Part shown: one piece after another, positions 12,234 to 24,727 of the stretch
Layout: every line of letters starts with the position of its first letter
How positions within the stretch are numbered: position 1 is the first letter of the stretch
Source of the DNA: Lama guanicoe
Taxonomy: Eukaryota
Direction: 5' to 3'
Assembly: GCA_013239625.1 (NCBI GenBank)
Contig: MU053758.1
Span: forward strand, 372,001-436,000
Length of the DNA: 64,000 nucleotides
The notes under the pieces: model-generated
Seen by the model: the letters and a program-made list of their open reading frames with translations, nothing else
The model's database searches: none
What the model was told of the DNA's origin: nothing
Made by a program: the position numbers and the translations under genes

Positions 12234-15049
12234 AAAATTGGTATATTAGTGATACCTTTAATCATTAATTGCTCATACAGTTTGTTGTGGGGATTTAAAT
12301 GACCAAATACAAAGTTCTTAACACAATGCTTACTGTACAAATATTCAATGCCTATAATTTCATTCAAATTAAAAAGAGATATTATGTAGCTGATGGGGGA
12401 CAACAACGAGAACAATTCTGTTGTTCAGGTTGTATTAACGGGAAGTGAAGTTGGCTACAGAAAGAACTGCCTAACAACAAAGGATGTGAAGCCTGAGCAA
12501 ATTGTAAAAGCTCCTCCTCAGCTTCTTTGCAAGACTAGAGCTCATCTCAGGGGTAGTCGTTTCTGGGGGGGCAGGGCCTGGAGCTGCCCTGGTGATGGGC
12601 AGATTTGTGTGACTTCCTGAATCCATGACAGTTGACAGACTCTCCGTGTGGCAGTGCCTGGAGTTTACAACCAGGAGCTGGGTGGCCTGCATGGCCAAGA
12701 TTCCCATTTATAGCTGTTTCCTGGACCTGAGTAAATTTCTGTTTTAAAAGTACCTCTTGGGCCCCTACCTTAATCTCCCTACTGCTTAACATTGACAGTT
12801 GACTTCTCTTTGGCTGAGTGGGAGCTGGGCTGCAAACACTCCCGAAAGGAAGAAAGGAAGGAAGGGAAATGTGGGTGGGGTGGGGTGGGGTGGGGTGGCA
12901 GGGATGGGTCCCCCATAATGGGGGATGGGCTTGGATCTGGTCCTGGATGTCACTAGGGCCTCTTTAGGAGGATTTGGTCTGACTCAGGTAGCCAGAAAGC
13001 CTGGCTGCTGGCAAAGAAAAGGTTACTGGGAGTTAGCTGAAGGGATGGCACGTGGTGAGGGAGGCCCCCCGCCAAGCAGTTCTTATCTTGGGGAAAATTT
13101 GAGAGTCATTGTCACTTGCAGGGAATTTCCTGGACTATGAACTTTATTGAAGAGAGGACAGTATGGCTGGGTGAGAGGAGGTTGGCCTCAGGCTCCACAC
13201 CCAGCCCTTCCCCTCCCCCACAGCACGATTCACTGTTACTAACCTAAACCCTGGTTCAGCTTGGCCTCCTTGGTTGTGCCACCTTCATCAAGTCCTTGAC
13301 CTCACTAAACCTTGGCTCCTTCCTGTATAAAAAGGGGTGGCAATAGCAGCAGTTTACTGACAATAAGCACTCAGTGTATGTTGGATTTAAATAATAAAAT
13401 AAATGATGGCTCCTGAGATCAGAGATTTGCATTGAGGGGAGGAACAAAGAACAGAGTTGCTCTCTGTTCTTGAGAGCTGATTAGAGGAACAAGCCAGGCA
13501 TAAATCAAAAGAAATGCAATTGGAAAACACCTTTGCCAGGCAACGGTGGGAGCAAAACACAAATATTAGAAGCAATTTTTAGTTGCCTTTTAAAGTGCAT
13601 TTGTCACACTTTTGTGTTGGTTTTCTCTTCCCAATTTGGAAATGTTATTCCAATAAAGGTGTGTCCCCAGGGCTCCCACAGGCTGACAACAGGAAGCAGC
13701 AGTCAGGAAGCCCAGGGTGGCAAGCCGGACATTTGGTGAGAACATGTTCTGGGCCCACTGGCATACTGGGGAATTGACTCAGGGAATTGACCATTTCATT
13801 ACAAAAGCACAGAAGGGACTGGCAGGGACTAGACTGTGCTGGCTGAAGACTAGGCAGGGATCACTGAATTCAACACAAAGCAAGAAGTGTCTACCAGGCA
13901 CCTGGGTGTTCAGCAATCAGGGAAGGCTTCCAGATGGAGGGGGCTTTTCCTTGTAATTTGCAGGAGATTATTGGCTCAGGCAAAAGCTAGAGGATTTAAA
14001 AAGGCGAAGAGGATAAAAGTCAAGAAGCCCAGAGGTGGAGAAAGTACCTCCGCCCTGGGGTCTTGTAGAGAGCCTTTTTTCAGGGCAGAGACCTGGAGGT
14101 GTCAGAGGTGGTGGGGTAGAGAACAACATCGCAGGGAGCAGATGCTGAGGACGGATTAGCCTCTGACAACAGATGTGGAATATTGACCTAGGGAAAAGTG
14201 CCTGGTGTTTGTCCAGGCCAAACTGGTGCAGCAGCTTCCGTGGGAGGAGGTACAGGAAGGTGCCCCAGGCCCACCCTCCCGCAGACTCGTCCTGGGGGAG
14301 CCTTGCTGAGGTCCAGAACTCAGTCTGCCTAAATGGGGACAGATCATTTGGGAGGATTTGGAAGAGGATGCTTGTGTTCAAAATCAAGGCAGGCGCCTAT
14401 GCACACACATAATTAAATGATCTTTTTTTTTTTTCAAGCTCACCCATGCATAGGAAAACCTGGATGGAAATGTTCATTGTAATTGTTAGCTTGATGGAAC
14501 TATAATTTTCTTTCTATTTCGTGCATTTCAAATGTTCTTTAGTGAGCATATATTGGTTTCTAAAAAGAGAGAAAGCAAACATATTTGCATGTCAACATTA
14601 AATTCCTGAAATCAAAGGTTTCTTTCCAGCCCTACCTTGCTTTTATTTGACACTATTGAAACTCATTTTCTGAAGCTGTTTTCCCGCTTGGCTTTCAGGC
14701 GGCAACTTTCCTTCCCTTCTTGGATGGCGGCCTAACCCCTAAAATTGATGTTTTTCAGGGTCTGTCCTCAACCGACCCTCCAGGTTAGCACACTCATGCC
14801 CATGGCTTCAGCTACACCATCCTATGTCAATAACAACTTGCAGCGCCAAACCATCTTCTTGCTGAAACATTTCTCCAATCACCTACTGACTATTCCTACA
14901 AGTCCCTCAGATTCAACATGCTTAAAACTTAAATCCCATCCCTGAGAGCAACTCTTCCTTCTGTATCATCTGTTTTGGTGGCCTGGGTCAGAATCTTAGT
15001 AATCACCTGTTCTTCCTACCTACTTAGTAAGTCTGTTCGTCCCTACCCC

Positions 15050-15440
15050 TGGGTTGTGGGTTCGAAAGAGATGTCCATGTCTATTATCTTATATGGCTGA
15101 AGAGTATTGCCTTATAAGATGGAAGATGTGTTTAAGGATCTTGGATTATCTAGATGGGTCCTAATTCCAATGATGAATGTCCTTATGAGACACAGGGAGG
15201 AGAAGACACTGAAAAGGGGAGGCATTGTGACCATGGAGGAAGAGGTGGGAGTGGTGGCGCAAGTCAAGGGACACCAACGGCCACTGAAAGAACAGACTGT
15301 CCCCTACAGCCTCGGGAGGGAATGCAGCCCCGCCAACACCTTGGTTTTGAACTTCTAAGGGCCTCCAGAATCGGCCACTGTGAAAGAATAACTTTCTGTT
15401 GCTTTACGGCACCCAGTTGGTGTTAACTTGTGAAAACTCA
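15050..15440 (+). mobile_element. MaLR (MLT1-type) LTR within L2 sequence
   Basis: ggattatctagatgggtcctaat...gagggaatgcagccccgccaacaccttggttttg...agaataactttctgttgcttta. Confidence 0.75.
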
Positions 15441-15856
15441 TAAAGCCTCATTCTTTGGCATTTAATTGATCACAAAAATCCTGTTGATTTCAGCTCGAAA
15501 TTAGCTCTGATTTCCTCCCTTGTGCATCTCCACTGTCTGATCCAGGCCCTCGCTGCGTTCTCCTGAAGCACCGCAGTGGTCTCCTCCTTCCACGCTTCCT
15601 TCCTCCACGCTTCGCCCGATTATTATCCCTAAATCCAGTTCATCCTCCATGGTGCTTTTTACAAACTAGAACCACAGAGATCACTCTAAAACATAAATTT
15701 GACTACATCACTCTCCATTAAAAGATTATAAAAGCTCTCTATTGCCTAAAATAGGACCAAATCCAGATTGTTCCTCAGAATGGTATTCAGAATGGTGTAC
15801 AAGTCCCTTCTCAGTCTGCCTTCAACCTTCTTTGCAGTCTTCTATGCCCCACTAGG

Positions 15857-15994
15857 TTTGTTGTTTTGTTTTTGTTTTTTGGGGGAAGGGAATTAAGTGT
15901 ATTTATTTTCTTATTTAATGGAAGTACTGGGGATTGAACCCAGGACCTCATGCATCCTAAGCACGTGCTCTACCACTGAGCTATACCCTCCCCC
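15857..15994 (-). mobile_element. Vic-1-type SINE
   Basis: Same consensus head and A-rich tail. Confidence 0.88.
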
Positions 15995-15999
15995 TTTTC

Positions 16000-17420
16000 A
16001 TATTGTTTTTTATTGTAGGCTATTGAATATAGTTCTCTGTGCTATATAGTAGGTCCTCGTTGTTTATCTAGTTTTTAACTGAATTTTTAAAATTGAAGTG
16101 TAGTTGATTTACAATGTTAGTTTCAGGTGTACAGCAGAGCAATTCAGTTATACATATACATATTTATACATATATTTTCAGATTCCATGATAGCTTATTA
16201 CAAGAAATTGAATATAGTTCCCTGTGCTGTACTGTAGGTCCTTGTTATTTATCTGTTTTATATATAATAGTTTGTATCTGCTAATCCCAAGCTCCCAATT
16301 TATCCCCTCTCCTTCCCCCCCAGCTTGGTAACCATAAATTTATTTTCTATGTCTGTGAGTCTTTTTCTGTTTTGTAAATAAGTTCACTTGTGCCATTTTT
16401 TTTTAGATTCCACATATAAGTGATATATGATATTTCTCTTTCTCTGACTTGCTTCACTTAATATGATAATCTCCAGGTCCACCCATGTTGCTACAAATGG
16501 CATTATTTCATTCTTTTTTATGACTGAGTAGTATTCCACTGAATATACCACAAATTCTTTATCTAATCATTTGTCGATGGACATTTAGTTTGCTTCCGTG
16601 TCTTGGCTATTTTGTAAATAGTGCTGCTATCAATGCTGGGGTGCATGTATCATTTTGAATTAGTGTTTTCTCCAGATATATGCCTAGGAGTGATAGTAAC
16701 TCTATTTTTAGTTTTTTTAAGGAACCCCATACTTTTTTCCATAGTGGCTGCAACAATCCTGCTTTGTTTTTAAATCAATTTTTAATTTTGAGGTAATTGT
16801 AGATAAATGTGCAGTTGTAAAAAATAATAGAGATCCTATGCACCTTTAATGCAGCTTCCTCCAATGGTAACATCTTAGAAAACTTTGGTACACTAATATG
16901 ACCAGGATATCAACATGGATACAATTCACCAATCTTACTCAGAGTTCTAATTTTTCTGGTTCTCATTATGTGTTTGGCTTAATGCATTTTTATCACTTGT
17001 AGTTTGTGGATCCACCACCATAGTCAAGATAGAGCACAAGGACCCCTTCCTGGCATAGCCTTCATACCGCACCCCCTCTCTTCTCCCTCCCCTTGCCTCT
17101 ACCTAACCCTTAGCATCACTAATCTCTTCTCCCTATTTCTAATTAATCTTTTTTTTTTGTGCGGGGGGAGGTAATTAGGTTTATTTATCTATTTATTTAA
17201 TGGAGGTACTGGGGCTTGAACCCAGGACCTCATGCATGCTAGGCATGTGCTCTACCACTGAGCTGTACCCTCCCCCGTCCCTATTTCTATAATTTTGAAA
17301 TTTCAAGAGTGTTAACTAAATAGAATATGTAGTATAATTTAAGATGCTTTCAAATTTAGCATAATTCCCTGGAGATTTCAGTCAAGTTATTGCATGTACC
17401 AGATTTGTTCCCTTTTGTTG
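16000..17420 (-). mobile_element. LINE-1 fragments (younger 16000-16760, older 16775-17420)
   Basis: ttgaagtgtagttgatttacaatgttag...tttttagattccacatataagtga; ttttgaggtaattgtaga...ccaatggtaacatctt. Confidence 0.82.
17149..17276 (-). mobile_element. Vic-1-type SINE (in old L1)
   Basis: Consensus match; TSD tccctatttcta. Confidence 0.9.
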
Positions 17421-19029
17421 CTGGGTAGTATTCCGTCCTGTGCCTTTTTATGGCATCCTCCTCAATTTTCTTCACCTAAGGGCCACTCATCTTTTAATAT
17501 CAGATTCAAATCCTACTCCCCTATCCCGAGCATTTTTTGTTTTATTGCAATTATCTGTTGTACACTCAGTTCACACTGTCTTCCGTGGTAATTTCCTCTC
17601 TCCACACCCACCCTCCCCAGTCTCACTGTGGCTTAGAGCAGCCACGTTACTGCAGGGTGACCATATCCTCTGGCCATAGTTGATTGAACAAGATGTGGGC
17701 ACTTGTCTACCCTAGCAGGGCCAAGGAGTCCCTTCCTCAGGGAATCTAGAGTTGGACTGAGATTCCCATCCTGTCCTTTCACAACTGTTTTGTTTTTTGT
17801 TTTTTGGTTTGTTTTTGTTTTTAGCAGAGTAGCTTAAAAATTCAGAGCTACAGGCAGCAACCATTTAACTTCCTGTGGTCTGGGAGGTAGAGCCAGCCTA
17901 GAGTGAAAGAGAAGTTTTGACTCCGAGGCAGAGCAGCAGGATGAGAGATGGTAAGGGATGCGTCTCTGTGTGACACGGTGTTCTAGCCCCGGGACTGGAA
18001 GCCCTGAAGCCTGGGGCCTCTGAGACACTCCTATATCCTTGTGACCACCGCCCTTCAGCCACCCGTGTTCCTGTCCCTTCTGAGCTCAAATCAGATCGCT
18101 GGTGTGATTCAACTAGATTGTAGTGTCTTTCAGGACAGAAACTGGTTTCTTTTTATATGCCAGTGCTTTTGCTTTAAAGTCCTTGGCATTTGGACCCACT
18201 TCTCTTCCCTGGTTTGTAGAGACCCTCAGGATGCGTTCCCCATTTTTATCTGCCATTTCTGTCCCTTGGCCTCTTCCAAAGCACTCTCTTCTAAGACGAT
18301 GCTAACTTGGGCTTTGACCGCACCTCAGTTGACACCCAGGTCTCATAGCCCTTATGTCTTCAGTTTGCAAGATGACTTATCTGTATATCCTTAAATTGCT
18401 CTTGTGGGTGCTTGTCTTTGTTCCCCAGTGGTGTAGGAGACCCCTGAAACCTGAGACTCTCCCCCAGCAGTTTGAGGGCTCACTGAGGGCAGAGAGAATG
18501 TCTTCATTAACCTTGTAGATCCCTCGAGGGAAGAACATGTCTTCTATTTTTTTAAATGCTGGCCTGATACTAGCTCTGCACCTGGTGGGTGCTGGGTAAA
18601 TGTTGACTGACTGGGTAAACAATAGACTTGGTCCTCTGGAGTGTCATAATCTTTCTTTCCACAGGGAGAAAGTAATAATATTAGGCAGAGCAGGCTGGAT
18701 CCCTTAATATGATTACCTGGGATTTGTGGGCTGGTGACTATTTCCCCCGACTTTATTGGGTACATTCATCTCCACAGAATAGATATTCCCAGAGGCCACT
18801 AATGCTGCCGGCCAAATGGTGGGCTCCCATTAATTGGCCCGACCCTGATAATTACAATGGAAGCGCTGCCTCCAACCCAAGATACTGTGGAGGCAGGGGT
18901 TGTACTAAGTGTGTTCTAACCAAGGTCAACAGTGTTAACTTGCTCTGTAGCTGTATTTAAGACACCTTATCAAAAAAAAAAAAAAGACATCTTATCATGA
19001 GCCAATGTATATATGACCTTAGCAAGTTA

Positions 19030-19530
19030 TTTTTAAAAATGTTTTGAAAACATGACAACTTGAGCTGTAATTCACATAGCATAAAATCCATTCATTTTGA
19101 GTGTATAATTCAGTGGTTTTTAGTATATTCACAGAGCTGTGCAATCATCTCCACAATAAATTTTAGAACTTTTTTTAGCCCCAAAAAGAAACTCCATACC
19201 CATTAATAGTCACCTTCTGTTTCCCTCAACACCCAGCCCTAGGAAAACACTTATCTATTTTATTTTAACAAAATATTTGCCTATTCTGGACATTTCATAC
19301 AAATGGAATCATACAATATGCAGTCTTTTGTGACTGGCTTTTTTCACTTAGCATATTTTCAAGGTTCATCCATGCTGTAACATATATATCAGTACTTCAT
19401 TTCTTTTGCCAAATAATATCGCATAGTGTATACATATATACATGTACCCCACTGTGTGTGTATATATATATATACTGCATTTTATTTACCCATTCATCAA
19501 TTGATGACCATTTGGGTTGTTTCAACTTTT
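19030..19530 (-). mobile_element. L1MB-like 3' fragment
   Basis: gtgtataattcagtggtttttagtatattcacagagctgtgcaatcatc...tggaatcatacaatatgcagtcttttgtgactggc. Confidence 0.85.
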
Positions 19531-21449
19531 AGCAAGTTATTTCTCCATGTTTCAACTTACTTATCTATAAAAATGGGAGTTAATAACTGTCTATTTCAAA
19601 GGATTACTGAAAGTACACACGGAGCATATGAAATAATATGAAATGGTAAAGCGGCGCTTTACCACATGCATGTAGACATTATTTTAATATTTATATGAGA
19701 TCAATTAAGGAGAACACTGGAGCCAGTGTAAGGTGTTATCAGTTAACTCAGGGGACTTAGGTGAGTACCTCTTCGGGTTTGATCCCTACGTTGAGTCCAT
19801 TTGCCTTTTTTTCCTAGGTAATGGACTGCATCTTTTAGCCCGGCCTATCATCTCATTAACAGTTGTTGCTAGGAGACCAGGTTAGAGTATGCTTAGCTCA
19901 GTGCCATCCACTGTAGAAAAATCACTCGAATCATAGGAGAATGATTAAACATCAAGGCAGTTTCATTTCATCCCATTTTTTAACAAGATGAGGGAAAAGG
20001 GCTGAAGCTACAGGTGTTCTTAGGGGCCTAGGTTTACTATCCTGCCAGCTCTCCCTTCTCTGATTTTAGGTTAGTGTTCAGCTTCACCACTCATTCACAC
20101 TCACGTGTGCCAGGGTGACTGTTTTCCTACTGCTTAGCAAATAAGTGTGCAAAGGTAATGCAAAGACACTTTAATATTAGGAAAGAGAAAATGAATCAGG
20201 AAGGAAAAGTTGCCATAGCAAGTACAAAGATTCTCAAATTCAATTTAGATATAAATACCATTTTGCTCCCACAACCTATTTTTTTGCAGGTGTTTTACAG
20301 CTGTAAAATCTGTGGGTACAAGGGATATAGAAGCAAAAGACTAGGCTGAGGACTGGATTATTTAAGAAGGATTATTTTCTTTACCACTGGAAGCTGCCTG
20401 GTGCATAATGTCCCCTTCAAAGCCTTGGTAAGAGCAGCTGGGAATAATGAACAATGGTTAAAGATGCTTTGCTTTACATCCAGCAAAAAGGCTCATTAAC
20501 ACCTCGACTGTTTTCTTACCAAGTCTGTGGAAGTGCTCCTGCTGCTGCTGATAATCACGGTAACCCTCGGGGTAGCAGGGGCAAAGGGGTGTGGGTAATT
20601 CACTAGAAAATGGTATTCACCGATTTGGATTATGCGCACCACTGCTCCTCTCCATTCATGTGCTTAATTAAGAGCTGACTAGTACAAAATAAATGAAACT
20701 GCAATTCTTCACTGGAATTATCTGGGGAGCAACAGAAAAATTGCAGGGAGGAAGGTATCTGCCAGAGAAACTGCATTACTGTCTTCCCATTATATTTCTA
20801 TTCTAGAATTTGTCTTAATGTCACATTTGATTCTAAAGGGACAGAGGCTTATGAGTCCAAGAGACATCTCATTGGAATGGAGATACAGGAGGAGAAGGAG
20901 TATAGCTTTATCTTCAGTTTATTAAAGGAGAAATAAAGGCGAGGAGCTGTGACTAGAACAATATAGTCCATCTAAGGTATAATGCCAGTCACATCAGGGA
21001 AAACCCCAGAAGGAATATAGAGCTATAGTTGGCTCCACCTGATTCACAACATCATGTTTCAAATCATTCAAAAGTTTTTGTAAAAGTCTCTATAGTGACT
21101 GGTTGATTGCCTGGGAGTCAATTCCATTTGTTCAGTCCCTGGGGTATAGAAAATGGAACTGCTTTCTTATAGTTCGGTTAGGCAAAGCTGGATGGAGGGA
21201 ATCGAACTTAGTTCACAAAAGATGCCAAAATCCACTCCCTTTCAAAAATGCACAGGAAGTTAGACCAAGAAGTCAGGGCTCCAGATTTCTCAGACTCCCT
21301 CTCCACCTCAAAATAACAGCCAGGACACACTTTCACTGACTGGTTAAGACAGGTGGATAGAAATCACTGGCGGGGTCTGTAATTCCCACATTCCTTTTGA
21401 TTACACTTTCCCCATAAGCTTAAAAATGAAAAAAACCATAAAGTCAAGG

Positions 21450-21495
21450 TTTATTTTAAATTATCAAAGTCCCTGAAGTAGAGGACTAGTTTATT
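21450..21495 (-). terminator. Candidate CALCOCO2 polyadenylation signals (two AATAAA)
   Basis: tttatt at 21490-21495 and 21450-21455, ~0.8 kb after the stop; T-rich tract follows the second on the minus strand. Confidence 0.5.
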
Positions 21496-22307
21496 TTTTA
21501 GTATTAAAGTGGTTAACAATAGTTCTCATTATTCTGACTTACTCATATTTAAACTCACCTGCTCAGAAAGTTGCAAACCCATACAGTTTCTAACAAAGTC
21601 CTACTAACCATTAAGAAAGGACTTATAACAATAAAAGTTATGTGCACAAGGAAAATCAGGGTAGAAAATGCCAATCAGAGGTATCCAGAGAGAAAGAAGA
21701 CTTTCTGGGACTGAAATAATTTTTCATGCCCATGGTTCAGGGATACGATGCTTCTGTTGGGAGCTAAGAAATCAAGATGAGAAACCTCTGGTATCCAAAC
21801 TAGATAACTGAGTTCTCTGGCATACCATTTTTGGCTACTCTAACACTATCAGTTAGAAAAAGAGGCTGGAGGAGGAGGAGGAAGAAATTCTTAACCTCTG
21901 ATCAATCGCCAATCCCAGAGTGAGAACTGACGACTGAGTACAAGGCCTGACCTTGAATGGAGTGGGACAACTTGGAAAACTAATCACGTAGTACTGGAGT
22001 GAATAGCCAGGTCAGTTCCATCCCAGGGCCCTTATACTGGAGATGCTCAGAAGAATGGGCACTTTAGGTGACAGGCTGACACAGCCAGAGTTAAGCGATT
22101 TAAAAGGTAGTTACCCACAGGATGGAAGTAACAGCCCTCAACACTATGCTTCAGGTAATCGACATGGCTCCACCTATAGGGCAGCAGGACTAAATAAATC
22201 CCTAATAATTCAGGTTAGGCAGGATCTTGGGCATAACTCATAGCAGAAGCTATAGGTTCTACTCTATAAAAATCCATGTACAGTGTAGATCCAAGAGGCT
22301 GGGACAC

Positions 22308-22481
22308 TTATAGAGCATGGCAGAACACGTGGTCTTCAAAGATCTGCTTCTCTTTTGCTGGGAAGGTCTTGCCACAAATTGGACAATTCAAATAAACAGC
22401 TGGCTTGTGCTGCTCCAAGGTGTGATCAAAAATGTCATCAGCAAAGTCTGCTGTGCAGGTGGGGCATGGCTCGATGGAGAG
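22308..22481 (-). CDS. CALCOCO2: CALCOCO2 exon 13, last coding exon (ZF1 and ubiquitin-binding ZF2)
   Basis: tcccag|; LSIEPCPTCTADFADDIFDHTLEQHKPAVYLNCPICGKTFPAKEKQIFEDHVFCHAL-TAA; total CDS 1347 nt = 448 aa. Confidence 0.96.
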   Translation of the reverse strand, partial: LSIEPCPTCTADFADDIFDHTLEQHKPAVYLNCPICGKTFPAKEKQIFEDHVFCHAL

Positions 22482-23021
22482 CTGGGAGGAAGAGCAAAGA
22501 GGTCAGTCTGAATGTAAGCTATACTCAGCAGAGACCGTGTCTGATTTTCTACTATGTCCTCAGCACCTATCGTAATGCTTGCAGATGGTGGGTGATCAAG
22601 AATTAGAGGATGAATCAACAAAGTCACATCTGGAGACATTCACTGGGGCTTTCTCTAACTCAAAGACTCAAAGGACTTAATATTGCTGAAGTAGCCAGAT
22701 AACTTGCAGCCTGAATGGGTCATGGGCTATACCTTGTTTGGCTACCTGCCCGGTTCACATGGCCTCCCGAGGCCTGCTACTCAACTCAACTCACAGGTGC
22801 AGGTCGTGAGCAGAATGCTGATGGATGATGAATTGTGCATCCCCCACCTCAACAGGCTCTCTCCGATTTAGGCACTGATCAAACTGATCCAGCTGACTCA
22901 GTCTGGAGTTATCAAAATGAACCAGTCTCCCCATGCATGGTTCTCCCATGAACTGGATGGAGCAGGAAGGGAAATTTTCTCAAAGATTTGATGTGGGCAG
23001 TCTTACGAATCAAATACTTAC

Positions 23022-23050
23022 CAGGTTAGGGGCAGAGCTTTCTTGGATAC
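23022..23050 (-). CDS. CALCOCO2: CALCOCO2 exon 12 (29-nt mini-exon)
   Basis: cctcag|; (G)IQESSAPNL; donor CTG|GTAAGT; restores phase between exons 11 and 13. Confidence 0.92.
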
Positions 23051-24105
23051 CTGAGGGTAATAAAGAAGATTTCATTCAATGAAAAAATATCATCCCCAGA
23101 ACACGTTCTCCAACTGTGTGCTAGCAGCTGTTTTCTGTAACCCTCACTGTTCCCCTCCCAGTTCTTTATCCCTCTCTGATACTGCCATATTCTCTCTCTC
23201 TCATAAACACCACTGACTTCGGTGGAGGGGATCTAGGTCAACGATGGAGGGAAAAAATAATGAAGTGGCATTTTCAATAGCCATTATATAATCAGCAAGA
23301 ACAATAAACCTATATGCAGTGTAGAGAAAATGAGATTTTAGTGAAAACAGTAACAATTTAACAAGGAAGTAGACTGGGAATAGATTTTAAGACCGAATCC
23401 AGGCAAACAGTTATGTTTCAAATGAAAAGCTTAAAAATATTTTTAAGGAAAAAAAATAAACTTGTACCCCCGCCTGTTGCAAAGACCTGATTGTGACTGT
23501 TAAGAGAACACGCCTGCTTTAAACTGTCCAAAAAAAGCAAATGAGGTCTCAGATCACTTCTGGAGACAAAAAAAGAGGAAAGTTCCCTGTTTGGCAGGGA
23601 CATCTGACCCCCAGTTCCTTGAATGACAAGACTGGGTGTCACCCCCATTTCCTGTCCTCCAAGCCCCCCAGGGGTCTCCGGGGGGCACACGCCTGCTACC
23701 CTTGGTCAGGCCATCGGGGCGGCTGCCTGTAACAGCCCATTCCTGGGCAGCATATCCCGCCGCTCGCGCTTCCATTTCCAAATCTTAATTAGCTTCCTCA
23801 GCTTTGTATGTGTATATCTTCTACACAGAGACATTTCTCTGATTTATATATTTGGAATATAGCCACGGGACTCAATTTGTGTCTGCTGCCTCTAGGCCAA
23901 TGATCTGATTTGCGTCTCCTAGATTCAGATTTATTTCTCAATTAACACTACTTGCCCAGCAATTTTTCTATTGGGTACTCAGCTTCTGCCCAGCAAGTAT
24001 TAACAATGAGACTGGTCTTAATTAGCATCTCAGACAAAAACAAAATTTAGTAGGGGAAAGGGATACAAGCAGGGGCCTTTCAGCTCGATGGTAAAGTTGT
24101 CTTAC

Positions 24106-24241
24106 CAGAATACGGGTTTCCATAGACAAGTCCTGGGTTTTGTCTTGCACCTCCTTGACTTGAAGTAGGCGCTTGATACGGTAAAGGGTCATAATTCAGA
24201 CCCATGTAACTCAGCAATCTGTTGTTCTCGCTCTTCAAAAG
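24106..24241 (-). CDS. CALCOCO2: CALCOCO2 exon 11 (galectin-8-binding region)
   Basis: tcctag|; LLKSENNRLLSYMGLNYDPLPYQAPTSSQGGARQNPGLVYGNPYS; donor G|GTAAGA; 136 nt. Confidence 0.95.
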
Positions 24242-24611
24242 CTAGGATAGAGAGGATAGAGTATTTACAGACACGCTGAAAGACAACAGCAAAGAATGGC
24301 CACACGGACTGGCCAGGGACGGCCCTTCTAGGTAGTGTTTAATTAACCACATGGCACTGGAGAGCCCAGCAAATGATAAATCACAATTCTTAAAAAGCGG
24401 AAGCAGCAGCCTCAATATTCAAAGATCTGAGTTCTTAATATCTAAATTTAAAAGTATATTGAATTTCTTTAGAATTAATGCAAAAAAGAAACTAAAATCT
24501 TTAAATATAAACCAACTGAAGGGGGGTACAAAAGTTGTGTGGGTATGTGAGGGTGGCAGGGGCTATATTAAGATGGAAACTGTTGTACAGTATGGAGAGC
24601 AGAATGCTGCT

Positions 24612-24727
24612 TTAAAAAATTTTTTTTAATTATTCATTTTTTAATTTTTATGTGGAGGTCTGGGGATTGAACCCAGGACCTTATGCATGCTAAGCATGTG
24701 CTCCACCACTGAGCTATACCCTCCCTC
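24612..24727 (-). mobile_element. Vic-1-type SINE (CALCOCO2 intron 10)
   Basis: Consensus match; TSD cagaatgct. Confidence 0.88.

Noticed and set aside
13968..14412. Cluster of overlapping 60-139 aa ORFs as an unannotated gene
   Set aside because: No recognisable protein similarity, no consistent splice structure, ORFs on both strands.
1..19000. ATP5MC1 or another neighbouring gene expected from human synteny
   Set aside because: No CpG island or recognisable exons; it probably lies left of the window.
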